Shown piece after piece: positions 19,709-30,129 of a stretch of 64,000 bases of DNA. Origin of the DNA: Methanomassiliicoccaceae archaeon. GTDB taxonomy: Archaea > Thermoplasmatota > Thermoplasmata > Methanomassiliicoccales > Methanomassiliicoccaceae. The notes under the pieces were generated by a model. The model was not told where the DNA came from and made no database searches. It saw only the letters and a list, made by a program, of their open reading frames with translations. A program made the translations under genes and the position numbers. Position 1 is the stretch's first letter, and every line of letters begins with the position of its first letter. The DNA lies in assembly GCA_040776945.1 (NCBI GenBank), contig JAXGZN010000002.1, forward strand, positions 448,001 to 512,000. Reading direction: 5' to 3'.

Positions 19709-19783
19709 GCTAATAGGCCCGCGGAGGGGAGCGCCACCGCCGGGCTGAAATAGCCGGCGATGGAATGTTCTTGAGCGAGGACG

Positions 19784-21361
19784 ATGACCTTCAAGAACGA
19801 GGACACCTACCATCGTTTATCGGTCCAGGGCAACGGCGAGAGCTTCCACGCAGCCTATGAGCTGGCCGCCGGACGGTTGCTCGAGCAGATAGCCGAGGCG
19901 GAGATCGATTATCCGAACCATATCGACGGCAAGCCACGCTTATCAGAGGCACAATATCATGATCTCAGCCCTGGAGACGAGGACCTTGTGGTCGGCCTCT
20001 TCCAAAAGGGCACCGCTGACGAGGTGGGAGAGGCGGTGAGATCGTCCCGTGAGGCCTTCCGTTGGTGGTCCCGTGAGGACTGGGAGGAGAGGGTGCGCAT
20101 CTTCGAGAGGGCGGCGGACATAATGCGCCGCAAGAAGTACGAACTTGCAGCGGCGATCACTCTGGACAACGGCAAGAACCGCTTCGAGGCCATGGCGGAT
20201 GTGGACGAAGCGCTGGACTTCATAGGGTACTACTGCTCGGAGATGCGCCGCAACAACGGCTTCGAGAGGATGAGCGACCCCCCGTATCCAGAAGAGGACA
20301 TCACCGTCTCACTGCGGCCTTATGGGACATGGGCGATCATCTGTCCGTTCAACTTCCCCCTGGCGATTACCGTGGGCATGACCGCGGGAGCCCTGCTCAC
20401 CGGCAATACGGCGGTGCTCAAGCCCAGCTCCACAGCCCCTCTCCCGGTGCAGCAGTTCTATGAGATCATGTTCCAAGCGGGCATTCCGGACGGAGCGCTG
20501 AACATGATCGCCGGCCCAGGGGATGAGGTCGGAAGCGCCCTGGTCCATCACCCAGGGGTCGACGGAGTGGCGTTCACCGGGTCCCTCAGGGTGGGCCGGG
20601 AGATCATGGCCGCCGCTGCGGGCAGGCAGCGGCCGGTCATCGCCGAGATGGGCAGCAAGAACCCCATCATCGTCACCGCGGAGGCGGACCTTGAGCGGGC
20701 AGCCCGCGGGGTCCTGTCCTCAGCGTTCGGCTATGCGGGACAGAAATGCTCGGCCTGCTCCCGCCTTTATGCCCAGGACCTGATATTCGAAGACCTCATG
20801 GCCCGCCTGGCGGAAGAGGCCGAGGGCCTCAGGGTCGGCGATCCGTTCGAAAGGGACACCTTCATTGGGCCGGTGATAACCAGGAGAGCACTGGATAACT
20901 ATTTGGGATGGGTGAGGAAGGCGGCCGAGGGCGGGAAGGTGCTCACAGGAGGCAAGAGGATAGGAAGCGGCAAGCTGGCAAGGGGGCACTACGCGGCCCC
21001 GACCATCGTGACCGGTCTGCCGGAGGACCACGAGCTGATGAGAACCGAGCTCTTCGTCCCTATCCTATGCGCTCAGAGCTTCTCCTCCCTCCCAGAGGCG
21101 CTGAGGAAGGCCAATGATACCGAGTTCGGCCTGACCGCCGGGATCTTCTCGACCAACGAGGCCGAGCTGAAGTACTTCTTCGACAACATCGAGTTCGGCG
21201 TGGTGTATGCCAACCGGGAGCGAGGGGGGTCGACCGGCGCCATGGTCGGAGGCCAGGCCTTCGCCGGATGGAGAGCGTCGGGATCTACTGGCAAGGGGAC
21301 CGGATCGATGCACTACCTCCAACAGTTCATGCGGGAGCAGAGCCGCACGGTGTGCCGCTGA
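19784..21361 (+). CDS. aldehyde dehydrogenase, P5C dehydrogenase-like
   Basis: PFNFPLAI, FTGS, EMGSKN, AGQKCSAC. Confidence 0.88.
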   Translation: MTFKNEDTYHRLSVQGNGESFHAAYELAAGRLLEQIAEAEIDYPNHIDGKPRLSEAQYHDLSPGDEDLVVGLFQKGTADEVGEAVRSSREAFRWWSREDWEERVRIFERAADIMRRKKYELAAAITLDNGKNRFEAMADVDEALDFIGYYCSEMRRNNGFERMSDPPYPEEDITVSLRPYGTWAIICPFNFPLAITVGMTAGALLTGNTAVLKPSSTAPLPVQQFYEIMFQAGIPDGALNMIAGPGDEVGSALVHHPGVDGVAFTGSLRVGREIMAAAAGRQRPVIAEMGSKNPIIVTAEADLERAARGVLSSAFGYAGQKCSACSRLYAQDLIFEDLMARLAEEAEGLRVGDPFERDTFIGPVITRRALDNYLGWVRKAAEGGKVLTGGKRIGSGKLARGHYAAPTIVTGLPEDHELMRTELFVPILCAQSFSSLPEALRKANDTEFGLTAGIFSTNEAELKYFFDNIEFGVVYANRERGGSTGAMVGGQAFAGWRASGSTGKGTGSMHYLQQFMREQSRTVCR

Positions 21362-21408
21362 GCTGACTTGAACAAATCATTTAAAGGTGGGGGACGGTAT
21401 CGGCCACG

Positions 21409-21996
21409 ATGCTCGGTCTTGAGGAGATCATTGGCCTGGAGCTAATAAGCTCCGACGCCAGGGTTATCGGCACCATAGAGGGCGTGGGTATGGACCTCGT
21501 CGGCTGGAAGGTCAGGGCCCTGAAGGTCGGCCTCCGCCGAGGCATGGAGGACGCTGCCGGGGCCAGGAAGCGTGTCTTCGGTGTCAGCAAGATATATGTC
21601 AAGACCGGGGAGATGCAATCGGTATCGGACGCCGTCATCATGCGCCGGCCATTATCGGCGCTTGGCGAGATCATTGAACCGGACGGTGACAACCTAACTC
21701 CGGCAGGGGCTTTCATGGGGATGAGAGTGATCTGTGCCAATGCCGCCTTCGTCGGCAATGTTGACAATGTGTTCATAGATACCGACCGCGAGTGGTCCAT
21801 ACCATACGTCCAGGTCAAGCTCGACCGCGACGCCATGGACCAGCTCGCTCTGCAGAGAACGTTCATGGCCTCCTCTCTGATACCCATCCGCACCAGCGAT
21901 GTGGAGGCGATAGGCGAGATGGTCATACTCAGGATCAACATGGACGAGCTAAGAGCCTCCCTCGGCCGCCAGGAGCCTCAGGCGGTCCAGGCCTGA
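21409..21996 (+). CDS. tandem PRC-barrel protein
   Basis: Two repeats of G..VI...A..(I/V)G.(I/V)....D...W. Confidence 0.75.
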   Translation: MLGLEEIIGLELISSDARVIGTIEGVGMDLVGWKVRALKVGLRRGMEDAAGARKRVFGVSKIYVKTGEMQSVSDAVIMRRPLSALGEIIEPDGDNLTPAGAFMGMRVICANAAFVGNVDNVFIDTDREWSIPYVQVKLDRDAMDQLALQRTFMASSLIPIRTSDVEAIGEMVILRINMDELRASLGRQEPQAVQA

Positions 21997-22305
21997 GACC
22001 CGGTTCGTTCCCCCCGAGCGGTCCTCGCAAGCCAGGGAGGCGCTCGAGCACTGGCATGGCAATGTTCTTTTACACCCTCTCCCTATGTGGCCGCACGCTA
22101 GGGGCAGGGGCCGGTCTGCGGAAGACCCAATCCGCAAGGGCGATGCCGCAGATGCAAGGCAGGCCGCCGGCGGTCATGCGGACGCGATCGCCCGCTGAGG
22201 CGCTTCCAGACACTGGGCGGAGCGGAGAGCGCCGTCGCCCGCAGGTACCGCTCGAGCCACCGACGGCACGCGTCGGAAGGCACGGAAGAGAACGGAGGGA
22301 CACTA

Positions 22306-23229
22306 ATGATCGAGACCCGGGACCTGACCCGGAAGTTCAATGGAGTGACCGCGGTCGAGAACCTCAACCTGAAGGTCCGGGATGGGGAAGTGTTCGGGTT
22401 CATAGGCCCCAATGGTGCCGGAAAGACGACCACGATAAGGATGATATGCACCCTCATCGCGCCGACCAGCGGCTCCGTGCTGGTGAACGGGCTGGACATC
22501 AACGATCCGAAGGACGCGATCCGGATACGCTCCATGACAGGCTTCCTGCCAGAGGTGCCAGGCCTTTACGAGACGCTGTCGGCCGCCAGGAACCTTGAGT
22601 TCTACGCTTCCCTGTACGATGTGCCGGCGGGCAAGAGGAAAGAGCGCATCAAAGAGCTGCTGGAACTTCTGGGCATCTGGGACCGGAGGGATGACATGGT
22701 CGGCAAGTTCTCCAAGGGAATGAAACAGAAGATCGCCATCGCCCGGGCGCTGGTCCACGATCCCGAGTTCCTGTTCCTTGACGAGCCAACCTCCGGCCTT
22801 GATCCCGTGGCCTCCCTCACCGTCCGCAACTTCCTTCTTGAACTGAAGAAGGGGGGCCGGACCATATTCATCAACACGCACAACCTCGATGACGCGGAGC
22901 GGCTTTGCGATACCATCGGGGTCATGAGGACCCGCCTCCTGGCCTATGGCTCCCCGGAAGAACTGTCGCGGGAGTTCTGGGGCCGGACCACGATCGTCCA
23001 TCTTCGAGCAGTGACCCCGCAGCTGATCGATGCCGCCCGCTCCGTGGAAGGCGTTATGGGCGTCAAGCAGATAGACAACAAGCTCGTGATAGATGTCGTG
23101 GACCCTGAGGCAGCAAACCCTAGGATCGTCAATGCCCTGGTCCGCTCTGGCGGAGAGGTGGAGTTCGTTAACGAGCTGAAGCGCACTCTGGAGGACGTAT
23201 ACGTCCGCCTCCTGGGGGACCGGCAATGA
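22306..23229 (+). CDS. ABC exporter ATP-binding protein
   Basis: GPNGAGKTT, FSKGMKQK, DEPTSGLD. Confidence 0.92.
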   Translation: MIETRDLTRKFNGVTAVENLNLKVRDGEVFGFIGPNGAGKTTTIRMICTLIAPTSGSVLVNGLDINDPKDAIRIRSMTGFLPEVPGLYETLSAARNLEFYASLYDVPAGKRKERIKELLELLGIWDRRDDMVGKFSKGMKQKIAIARALVHDPEFLFLDEPTSGLDPVASLTVRNFLLELKKGGRTIFINTHNLDDAERLCDTIGVMRTRLLAYGSPEELSREFWGRTTIVHLRAVTPQLIDAARSVEGVMGVKQIDNKLVIDVVDPEAANPRIVNALVRSGGEVEFVNELKRTLEDVYVRLLGDRQ

Positions 23230-24251
23230 GGCCTGACAAGCTATGGGTGGTGGCCAAGAAGGACCTCGCTGAGTTCCGCACCAACAAGTACGTGATGTAC
23301 TCGATCCTGCTGATGCCTCTCATGTTGGCAGTGGTGCTTCCGGTGATATACCTCATGCCGTTCACCATGACCGGCGGGAGCAGCGAGCCTCTAGATGTAG
23401 GGAATCCGGGGGGCCAGATGGTCCTCGTCGGCGAGACGGTAACCGACGGGACCTATAACGACACGATATTCGACCGGTGCGAACTGGTCAATGTGGTCGC
23501 GGACAACTGCCGCTTCGAGAGCTCCAACCTCAGCAACTGTCTGGTGAGAGGCTCGTTCGTTGGCAATACCACTCTGAACGGTTCGGCGATGTTCCATTCC
23601 AACTACCTGAACATAACGACCATAAACAGCATGTACTCCGACTCGGTGGACATAGGGGACACGTCGCAGGACGAGGCGTTCCTGCTTCAGTTCATCGATT
23701 TCCTGCTGATATTCTTCATCATGATCCCGGTCATCCTCCCGACCGTGATGGCCTCTTACTCTTTTGTCGGAGAGAAACTGAACAAGAGCCTGGAGCCTCT
23801 GCTGGCAACGCCGACCACGGACAGTGAACTGCTTCTAGGCAAGGCCACCTCGATCTTCTTGCCCTGCATGGCGGCCACTTGGGTGGCGTTCGTTCCGTTC
23901 ACGATGGTCGTCGATTACCTGACCGCGGGCACCTTGGGCTACGCTCCCCTGCCTAACGTTGTGTGGATCATAGGGGTGTTCATCCTCGCGCCGCTGTTCT
24001 GCATCATGAGCATCGCGCTCAACGTGGTCGTCTCGTCCAGGGTGAGCGACGTGCGGGCGTCCCAGCAGATAGGCTCGCTGGTCGTCCTTCCGGTGGTGGC
24101 GTTCTTCATCATCTCCCTGGCAGGGTTCTTCGCCCTGGGGCCTGAGATCATGCTGGTGCTCTGCGGGATCGTGCTCATCGCCGACGCAGGGATAATGTCA
24201 TTGAGCCTCAAGACCTTCCAGAGGGAGAACATCCTGGTGCGGTGGAAGTGA
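23226..24251 (+). CDS. ABC-2 permease with pentapeptide-repeat-like loop
   Basis: SFVGEK...SLEPLLATP motif; loop with 5-residue periodicity. Confidence 0.85.
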   Translation: MRPDKLWVVAKKDLAEFRTNKYVMYSILLMPLMLAVVLPVIYLMPFTMTGGSSEPLDVGNPGGQMVLVGETVTDGTYNDTIFDRCELVNVVADNCRFESSNLSNCLVRGSFVGNTTLNGSAMFHSNYLNITTINSMYSDSVDIGDTSQDEAFLLQFIDFLLIFFIMIPVILPTVMASYSFVGEKLNKSLEPLLATPTTDSELLLGKATSIFLPCMAATWVAFVPFTMVVDYLTAGTLGYAPLPNVVWIIGVFILAPLFCIMSIALNVVVSSRVSDVRASQQIGSLVVLPVVAFFIISLAGFFALGPEIMLVLCGIVLIADAGIMSLSLKTFQRENILVRWK

Positions 24252-24299
24252 GGGACGCTCCCGCCGCGGAGCGCCCCCGGCGTCCCTTCCGCTCTGACC

Positions 24300-25409
24300 T
24301 CAATCCTGCTTCCAGGTGCTTATCGCCACCCCGGCGATCATCAGCACCACGGTAAGGACGACCACGATCAGCAGGTTGTACATCGCTCCTGAACTGTTGC
24401 CGAATATCATCGCGTCCCTCAATCCGTTGTTGACGTACGTGAGGGGCATGACCTTGGCGATGATCTGCAGATAGTCGGGCATGGACTCCAGAGGGAAGAA
24501 GCTCCCTGCGAGGAACATCATGGGGAAGGTGATGGCTCCCGCCGCCACGCCTCCCGTTTCCTCCTCCTTCACGAACCTGGCTATGATCAGGCCCAGCGCT
24601 GAGAACAACGCGCTGGAAAAGACAATGATCATGACCGAGATCATGTCCAGCCGGAGGTGGACATCGAACATCACGATGCCCACGATCATGATGATGGCCA
24701 CCGACAGGAACACCGTTATGATCTGCCAAAGGATGAGAGAGGTCAACCACTCCATCTGAGTGATGGGCGTGGTGGCTAGTTTCTTGAAGATCCCGTTCTG
24801 CCGATATCTGGTCTGCAGCCCCACCATCCAGTTGACGGTGGTGGTCATCGCCGTGAGGCCTATGACCCCGGGTAGGAAGAAGTCGATGAAATTATACCTG
24901 CTGCTGTCCTCGGACACGCCTTGTATGCTGGTGCCGACAACCATGGTCCCATTGGCCAGATGCAGGTTAATGCTCTGTACCACCGAGTTCACTATCGCGG
25001 CCACGGACAGCGCGGTAGCGCTCGAGTTATCGATCCGCAGCTCCAGCACGGTGCTCTGGCGGTAGGGTTCAGGGGCGAACGCTTTCTCGAAGCCCTCCGG
25101 GATGATCAGGAAAGAAGATATGGAACCATCCTTGATGAAGGCGCTGGCGTCGGTTTCGTTATCGACCATGACGATGTTGAGCACGCGGGTCTGGTTGAAG
25201 CTCTCGATCAGGCCTTGTGAGGCCTCGGAACCGTCCATGTCCTGGACGTACAAAGTGTATGTGGTCGACCCGCTGTTGCTGAAGATCGCTCCGAACAGCA
25301 ATATGAGCAGCACCGGGAACGCAACGGTCCAGAACACCGAACCGGGGCTGCGGAAGAACATCTTGGCCTGGGCGATGAAATTGATCCTGATCCTACGTCC
25401 GGTGGCCAT
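24300..25409 (-). CDS. ABC-2 type permease
   Basis: FWTVAFP, LPGVIG, MFLAGSFFP, PLTY. Confidence 0.9.
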   Translation of the reverse strand: MATGRRIRINFIAQAKMFFRSPGSVFWTVAFPVLLILLFGAIFSNSGSTTYTLYVQDMDGSEASQGLIESFNQTRVLNIVMVDNETDASAFIKDGSISSFLIIPEGFEKAFAPEPYRQSTVLELRIDNSSATALSVAAIVNSVVQSINLHLANGTMVVGTSIQGVSEDSSRYNFIDFFLPGVIGLTAMTTTVNWMVGLQTRYRQNGIFKKLATTPITQMEWLTSLILWQIITVFLSVAIIMIVGIVMFDVHLRLDMISVMIIVFSSALFSALGLIIARFVKEEETGGVAAGAITFPMMFLAGSFFPLESMPDYLQIIAKVMPLTYVNNGLRDAMIFGNSSGAMYNLLIVVVLTVVLMIAGVAISTWKQD

Positions 25410-25410
25410 G

Positions 25411-26337
25411 TCACTTCGCCTCCCCGTTCTCCTCGAGCCTGCGGCCGGTCAAGGAAAGGAAGACGTCCTCCAGGGTCGACCTGCGTATCTGCACGTCATC
25501 ATAGAACGTGCCGTTGCGCTCCAGGCTCATGATCACATCCGCAAGCACCTGCTTGTTGTCGGCCCGGACGATAACGTCGTTCCCCTTCAGATCCACTCGC
25601 GGTGAGACCTGCTTGAGCTCGGCATAGGCGGCGGCGCCCCCTCCTTGGACCAGGATGACGTTGCCCGACCCGTGCTCCCTAATGATCTCCCGGGGAGTGC
25701 CCAAGGCAATGAACCTCCCGTTATCTATTATGGCCACTCGGTCCGAGAGCACCTCTGCCTCCTCCATGTAGTGAGTGGTGAGGATGATGGTCTTCCCTTT
25801 GGCCTTCAGGCCCTTGATGACCTCCCAGACCTCCCTTCTGGCCTTTGGGTCGAGACCCGTCGTCGGCTCGTCCAGGAAGACTATGTCCGGATCGTTAACC
25901 ATTGATATGGCCACCCCGACCCTCTGCTTCAGTCCCCCTGACAGGTTCTTGAAGTACTCGTCCCGCTTGCTTCCCAGGTCGACCAATGAGATGAGCTCGT
26001 CCGCCGGAAGATGCTCTTGGAACATCCCTCCGAAGTACTCTATGTTCTCCTTTACTGTCAGGAGGTCGAAGGCGTTGAAATCCTGAGGCAGCACCCCGAT
26101 CCGCTTCTTGATCTCCCTGACCTTCTGGTCGATGTCATGTCCGAGCACTCTAACCTCGCCTGAGGTCTTCGTCTTCAGGCACTCGATAATCTCCACCGAG
26201 GTGGTCTTTCCAGCGCCGTTGGGGCCCAGCATGGAGAAGACCTCTCCGCCATGGACATCGAAATCGATACCGTCGACGGCCACGAGATCCCCATAGATCT
26301 TGACCAGACCCCTAACGCTTATGACGCTCTCGGCCAT
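25411..26337 (-). CDS. ABC exporter ATP-binding protein
   Basis: [33 protein letters not shown]. Confidence 0.92.
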   Translation of the reverse strand: MAESVISVRGLVKIYGDLVAVDGIDFDVHGGEVFSMLGPNGAGKTTSVEIIECLKTKTSGEVRVLGHDIDQKVREIKKRIGVLPQDFNAFDLLTVKENIEYFGGMFQEHLPADELISLVDLGSKRDEYFKNLSGGLKQRVGVAISMVNDPDIVFLDEPTTGLDPKARREVWEVIKGLKAKGKTIILTTHYMEEAEVLSDRVAIIDNGRFIALGTPREIIREHGSGNVILVQGGGAAAYAELKQVSPRVDLKGNDVIVRADNKQVLADVIMSLERNGTFYDDVQIRRSTLEDVFLSLTGRRLEENGEAK

Positions 26338-26429
26338 ATCCAGTCACCACTAGATGACTCTCGACTTATAATAATGATATGAGGCATATATGGTGTAAGG
26401 GACTACAGGGTCGAAGGCTTGAGGCGGAC

Positions 26430-27158
26430 ATGAACGGTGAAGGCAGGTACGCAAGGCAAGAGATGCTTCCCGGCATGGGGAGCGAAGGGCAGCGCAAGCT
26501 CGCCCAGAGCTGCGTCGGCATCATGGGGATCGGAGGACTGGGCAGCCCGGCCGCCTATTATCTTGCGGGAGCAGGGGTCGGGAAGCTTGTCCTAGCGGAC
26601 CCCCAGGTCCCGGAGATCACCAACCTAAACCGCCAGATACTGCATTGGGAGGAGGACGTGGGCATCGTACCCAAGGCTGCGTCGGCGGCCTGGAAGCTAA
26701 GGCGCTTCAATCCCGGGACCGAGATCGAGGCTCACTGCGTTGAGGTAACGAAGGAAAACATAGCTTGGATGTTCAGGGAGGCGGACATCATCCTCGATTG
26801 CCTGGACAGCCTTCCGCCGAGGTTCGTGCTCAACGAACATGCGATGAGAACCTCCACACCCTTCGTTCATGCAGCGGTGGAAGGGCTGCATGGCCAGGTC
26901 ACGGTCATAGAGCCCGGCCGCACTCCCTGCCTGCGCTGCCTGTTCCCGCGAGTTCCGGAACATGACCGGTCGTTCCCCATCCTCGGCCCGGCAGCCGGGG
27001 TGTTCGGATGCCTGCAGGCGGCGGAGGCCATCAAGATGATCGCCGGCCTAGGCGAGCCTCTGCGCTCAAAGCTGCTCGTCGGAGATCTGGAACATAATCT
27101 CTGGGAAACGATAGAGGTCCGCCCTGCGGAGGGCTGCCCAGCCTGCCGAAGGGATTGA
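26430..27158 (+). CDS. ThiF/MoeB/UbaA E1-like adenylyltransferase
   Basis: RYARQ, GIGGLG, NLNRQ and two CxxC motifs. Confidence 0.9.
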   Translation: MNGEGRYARQEMLPGMGSEGQRKLAQSCVGIMGIGGLGSPAAYYLAGAGVGKLVLADPQVPEITNLNRQILHWEEDVGIVPKAASAAWKLRRFNPGTEIEAHCVEVTKENIAWMFREADIILDCLDSLPPRFVLNEHAMRTSTPFVHAAVEGLHGQVTVIEPGRTPCLRCLFPRVPEHDRSFPILGPAAGVFGCLQAAEAIKMIAGLGEPLRSKLLVGDLEHNLWETIEVRPAEGCPACRRD

Positions 27159-27160
27159 TC

Positions 27161-27529
27161 TCAATCCACCGGGCCCCGGTGCTCCAAGAGGTTCTCCAGG
27201 TGCATTATGCTGACCTTCAGGTGATCGAGGGCGAACCTCAGCACCTGGTCCCCCTTGGGAGTGATCCTGTATATCCTCCTTCTCCCCATCTGCTCCTGCT
27301 CTATGTAATCGGAACGTTGCAGCTCTTGAAGGGCTGGATAGATGGAGCCAGGGCTGGGCCTCCAGGTCCCTTCGCTCATACGCCCTATCTCCTTCATAAG
27401 AGCGTAGCCGTGGAGAGGGTGACAGGATATCAGCTTGAGGATCGCCAGCTTTAGGAGCCCGGAGTGGAAGCTGGAGAGGTTGAAGGCCTCGCAAGCTTCC
27501 TTGTAGTCCAAGCCCTTCTCGGCCTGCAA
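27161..27529 (-). CDS. PadR family regulator
   Basis: HGYAL, PSPGSIYPAL, YRITPKG. Confidence 0.9.
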   Translation of the reverse strand: MQAEKGLDYKEACEAFNLSSFHSGLLKLAILKLISCHPLHGYALMKEIGRMSEGTWRPSPGSIYPALQELQRSDYIEQEQMGRRRIYRITPKGDQVLRFALDHLKVSIMHLENLLEHRGPVD

Positions 27530-27538
27530 ACCAGCACC

Positions 27539-28264
27539 TCAGAGGAAGTAGAACCTCATGCCGTTCCTGGCACAAAGGTCGGCCATCAGCTCCATCCTTT
27601 CGACGACCCCGCCATAGCGCCTGGCCGGCCCCTTTCCTTCTACCTGGAGCTTTTCCTTGAGCACCTGACACTCCTGCACAAGCCTCTTGGCGTCCTCAGC
27701 CGAGAGCTTCTCCCTGCTCGCTGCCAGAGCTGGAACGCGGGCCACGATGGAGAGGCCATATTTCTTGGCTATCTCCGGGAGCTGGGAGGTCTCCGGCCCG
27801 AAAGAACCAATGCATCCGCGGCCCTTGTCCCAGGACATGGGGCACTTGCCGCATATCACATTGGTCTCCTCCAGCGGGACCGTGTCCCACCTGGTCAGCA
27901 GGTTGTCCGGACCAGCGGTCTTGATGGCTTCCTGAGCCTGAGCGGGGGGCATCTTCTCCAGCACCACCCATCCTGAGTAGGTCCTCTTGGCCACCGGCCT
28001 GAGCTTCGCCGCGTCCTCCTCCTTCTTCACCTTTTCCAAAAGGAACGAGTCCCGCTCGCCGTCCAGGCGGTTCCTCTTGAGGAAGCCTTCCCAGTCCTCT
28101 CCCAAGACCTTCTTGGCATCCTCGGTCAGGACGGTCTCATCGTAATCGGCGCAGACCTCCAGGCCTTGGACGGAAGGCAGTCGTGCCTTGATGATGGTCT
28201 CCTTATCCTTCTTGCAAAGCGAGTTCACGCTGTCAAGTTCGCAAATGGCCATGCTGATTCCCAT
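27539..28264 (-). CDS. hypothetical protein with Cys motifs
   Basis: Host-like codon usage; CGKCPMSWDKGRGC. Confidence 0.75.
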   Translation of the reverse strand: MGISMAICELDSVNSLCKKDKETIIKARLPSVQGLEVCADYDETVLTEDAKKVLGEDWEGFLKRNRLDGERDSFLLEKVKKEEDAAKLRPVAKRTYSGWVVLEKMPPAQAQEAIKTAGPDNLLTRWDTVPLEETNVICGKCPMSWDKGRGCIGSFGPETSQLPEIAKKYGLSIVARVPALAASREKLSAEDAKRLVQECQVLKEKLQVEGKGPARRYGGVVERMELMADLCARNGMRFYFL

Positions 28265-28345
28265 ATGGCTCCACCGTAGTGGGCCGACTAGTTATAGTAA
28301 GCTATTAAAGTCTTCTTGCACAGCTATTGAGAAAGAATGAAAGGC

Positions 28346-28852
28346 TCAGGCGGTCTCGCTCCCCGCAGGGACCGCCTGAGGCTCCAATGAGGCCAGCCAC
28401 TCCTTGCGATAGGACAGCATCTCCGCCGCGAAGAACGCTCCCCGCAGGGCCGCCGCCAGGATGAAAAGGAGAACGAAACCGAGGTACGATATGGAAAAGC
28501 TCGCCTCCTCCATGGTCAAGGTCATGTTCCCGCCCATGGCGATCACCCAGATCCATATGCAGACCAGGAGGCTCACGGCCACCCCGAACACGCACCGGGA
28601 GAGGGAACCCCGCGGATAGAAGCCTCGGAAGAACGCGAGGAGCGCAATAAGGGTCCCCAGGACCAGGACATTGTCCTTGAGCCGGGCCAGGTCGATCTGT
28701 CCGGTGATCATTGAAGCCCCCTCCATCTGGGAAAGAAATGTGGCGAGAGCGGTGAGCACGAAGATAGGGGCCAGTATGTACTTGGAAGCGGCAAGCACCG
28801 AGGACACGATCCCCTTTCCCGCATTGCCTAGATAGATGGAAAACTCGTTCAT
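28346..28852 (-). CDS. hypothetical membrane protein
   Basis: C-terminal part of track ORF starting MNEFSIY; ATG overlaps the upstream stop; about 4 TM. Confidence 0.72.
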   Translation of the reverse strand: MNEFSIYLGNAGKGIVSSVLAASKYILAPIFVLTALATFLSQMEGASMITGQIDLARLKDNVLVLGTLIALLAFFRGFYPRGSLSRCVFGVAVSLLVCIWIWVIAMGGNMTLTMEEASFSISYLGFVLLFILAAALRGAFFAAEMLSYRKEWLASLEPQAVPAGSETA

Positions 28853-29670
28853 GTCACGCCCCCTGTCTCCAGCGGCCTCTCCAAGTGCATTGTCGCCCCC
28901 ATCACCGAAATGTCCGCTACCAGGGTGAGCTTCTCTGGATGCTCTTGCAGCCAAAGGTACCGGTCCTGCGGTACCACGAAACGCAGCTCCCCATCGTTCA
29001 CATCTCCAATGATGATGCCGGCGGATGCGGAGCCCAATGCTGAGGTCGAGTTGACGATCTCCGCATCGATGGCCACCCTTTCCCCCCTGAGGATCCCCGA
29101 AGCTTCGAAGTGGTAGGGCACCAGCATGTCCATGTTGGACCCGTTGTTCTCCCACCAGACTTTGCTTGTATCGATTTCCACGCCCTTGACCATCGGCTCC
29201 CAATCCATATGCTCACGGATGCTGATGGACGCTCGTACCAGGCCCAGAGAGTATCCTCCCTCCACGGTCACATCCAGGTCTAGGATGCCGGAGCCGAACA
29301 CCAGTCGCTCGAGGTGCTCCTCGTCGATCTCATCAAGGTCCATCATTATGGAGATGTTCAGATGGTTGATGCGGCCGGCCTTGGCATCAACCGGCTCAGA
29401 GGACCGCTCGCTAAGCACTCGGCCCCCATCGGTTATCTTGAAACGGACCGTGAGACCCTCTATGTCGAAATAACCGTCGTTCGTGATGTCGACCGGGACG
29501 CTCATGGTCACCTTGCGGCCGTCCATGACCGGTCCAGCTCCCTCATCCTCCGGAACGGCGACCTGGACCTTTCCAGTGGCCAGAGGAAGAACGCTCATGA
29601 GGATGATGGCAATGATGATCAGATTCACCGCTACGATGGACAATCGGACGGCGAGCAATCCCCAGCGCAT
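28849..29670 (-). CDS. membrane-anchored hypothetical protein (LEA-2-like beta domains possible)
   Basis: N-terminal TM followed by beta-rich sequence (ITNDGYFDI). Confidence 0.72.
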   Translation of the reverse strand: MRWGLLAVRLSIVAVNLIIIAIILMSVLPLATGKVQVAVPEDEGAGPVMDGRKVTMSVPVDITNDGYFDIEGLTVRFKITDGGRVLSERSSEPVDAKAGRINHLNISIMMDLDEIDEEHLERLVFGSGILDLDVTVEGGYSLGLVRASISIREHMDWEPMVKGVEIDTSKVWWENNGSNMDMLVPYHFEASGILRGERVAIDAEIVNSTSALGSASAGIIIGDVNDGELRFVVPQDRYLWLQEHPEKLTLVADISVMGATMHLERPLETGGVT

Positions 29671-29812
29671 GGCCCTTCATCAAACCGATACCCTTAAGAC
29701 CTTTACCTCATCAAGCTCATCATTTGAGACTGAGCCGAGGCTCCGTGGAGGGCCTGAAGGTTTCCAGTTATCATTATATCCTCATCTGTGAATTGCGGAG
29801 GCCGGGGCAGAT

Positions 29813-30091
29813 ATGGACACTGAGAACGTGGAGATCGAATGCCCGGTTTGCGACCAAAGGATCAAGGCGGACGCACCGCGCTGCCCGCATTGTGGAGCGG
29901 AGTTCACCTTGTCCGGTGTCGATGAGCTTGAAATGGTAGCCCGGGAGATCAACGGCCGGCCCGCGCCTGAGAACCTCAAGGCCAAAGCGGGACCGATAGA
30001 GGCACAACCGGCAGTGGCCGCCAGTGCCGAGAAGGAAGAGGATAAGAACAGCAAAGGGTTCCTCGGCAAGCTGTTCAGGAAGCGCCGATAG
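29813..30091 (+). CDS. zinc-ribbon protein
   Basis: CPVC...CPHCG. Confidence 0.75.
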   Translation: MDTENVEIECPVCDQRIKADAPRCPHCGAEFTLSGVDELEMVAREINGRPAPENLKAKAGPIEAQPAVAASAEKEEDKNSKGFLGKLFRKRR

Positions 30092-30129
30092 CCGAAAATG
30101 TATTTACGGCGCGTGCGGATGGGAGCACG

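Noticed and set aside
22098-22140. Start resembling RNase P RNA (TAGGGGCAGGGGCCGG)
   Set aside because: Lacks the conserved GAGGAA(A)GUCC P4 element and the 3' conserved region
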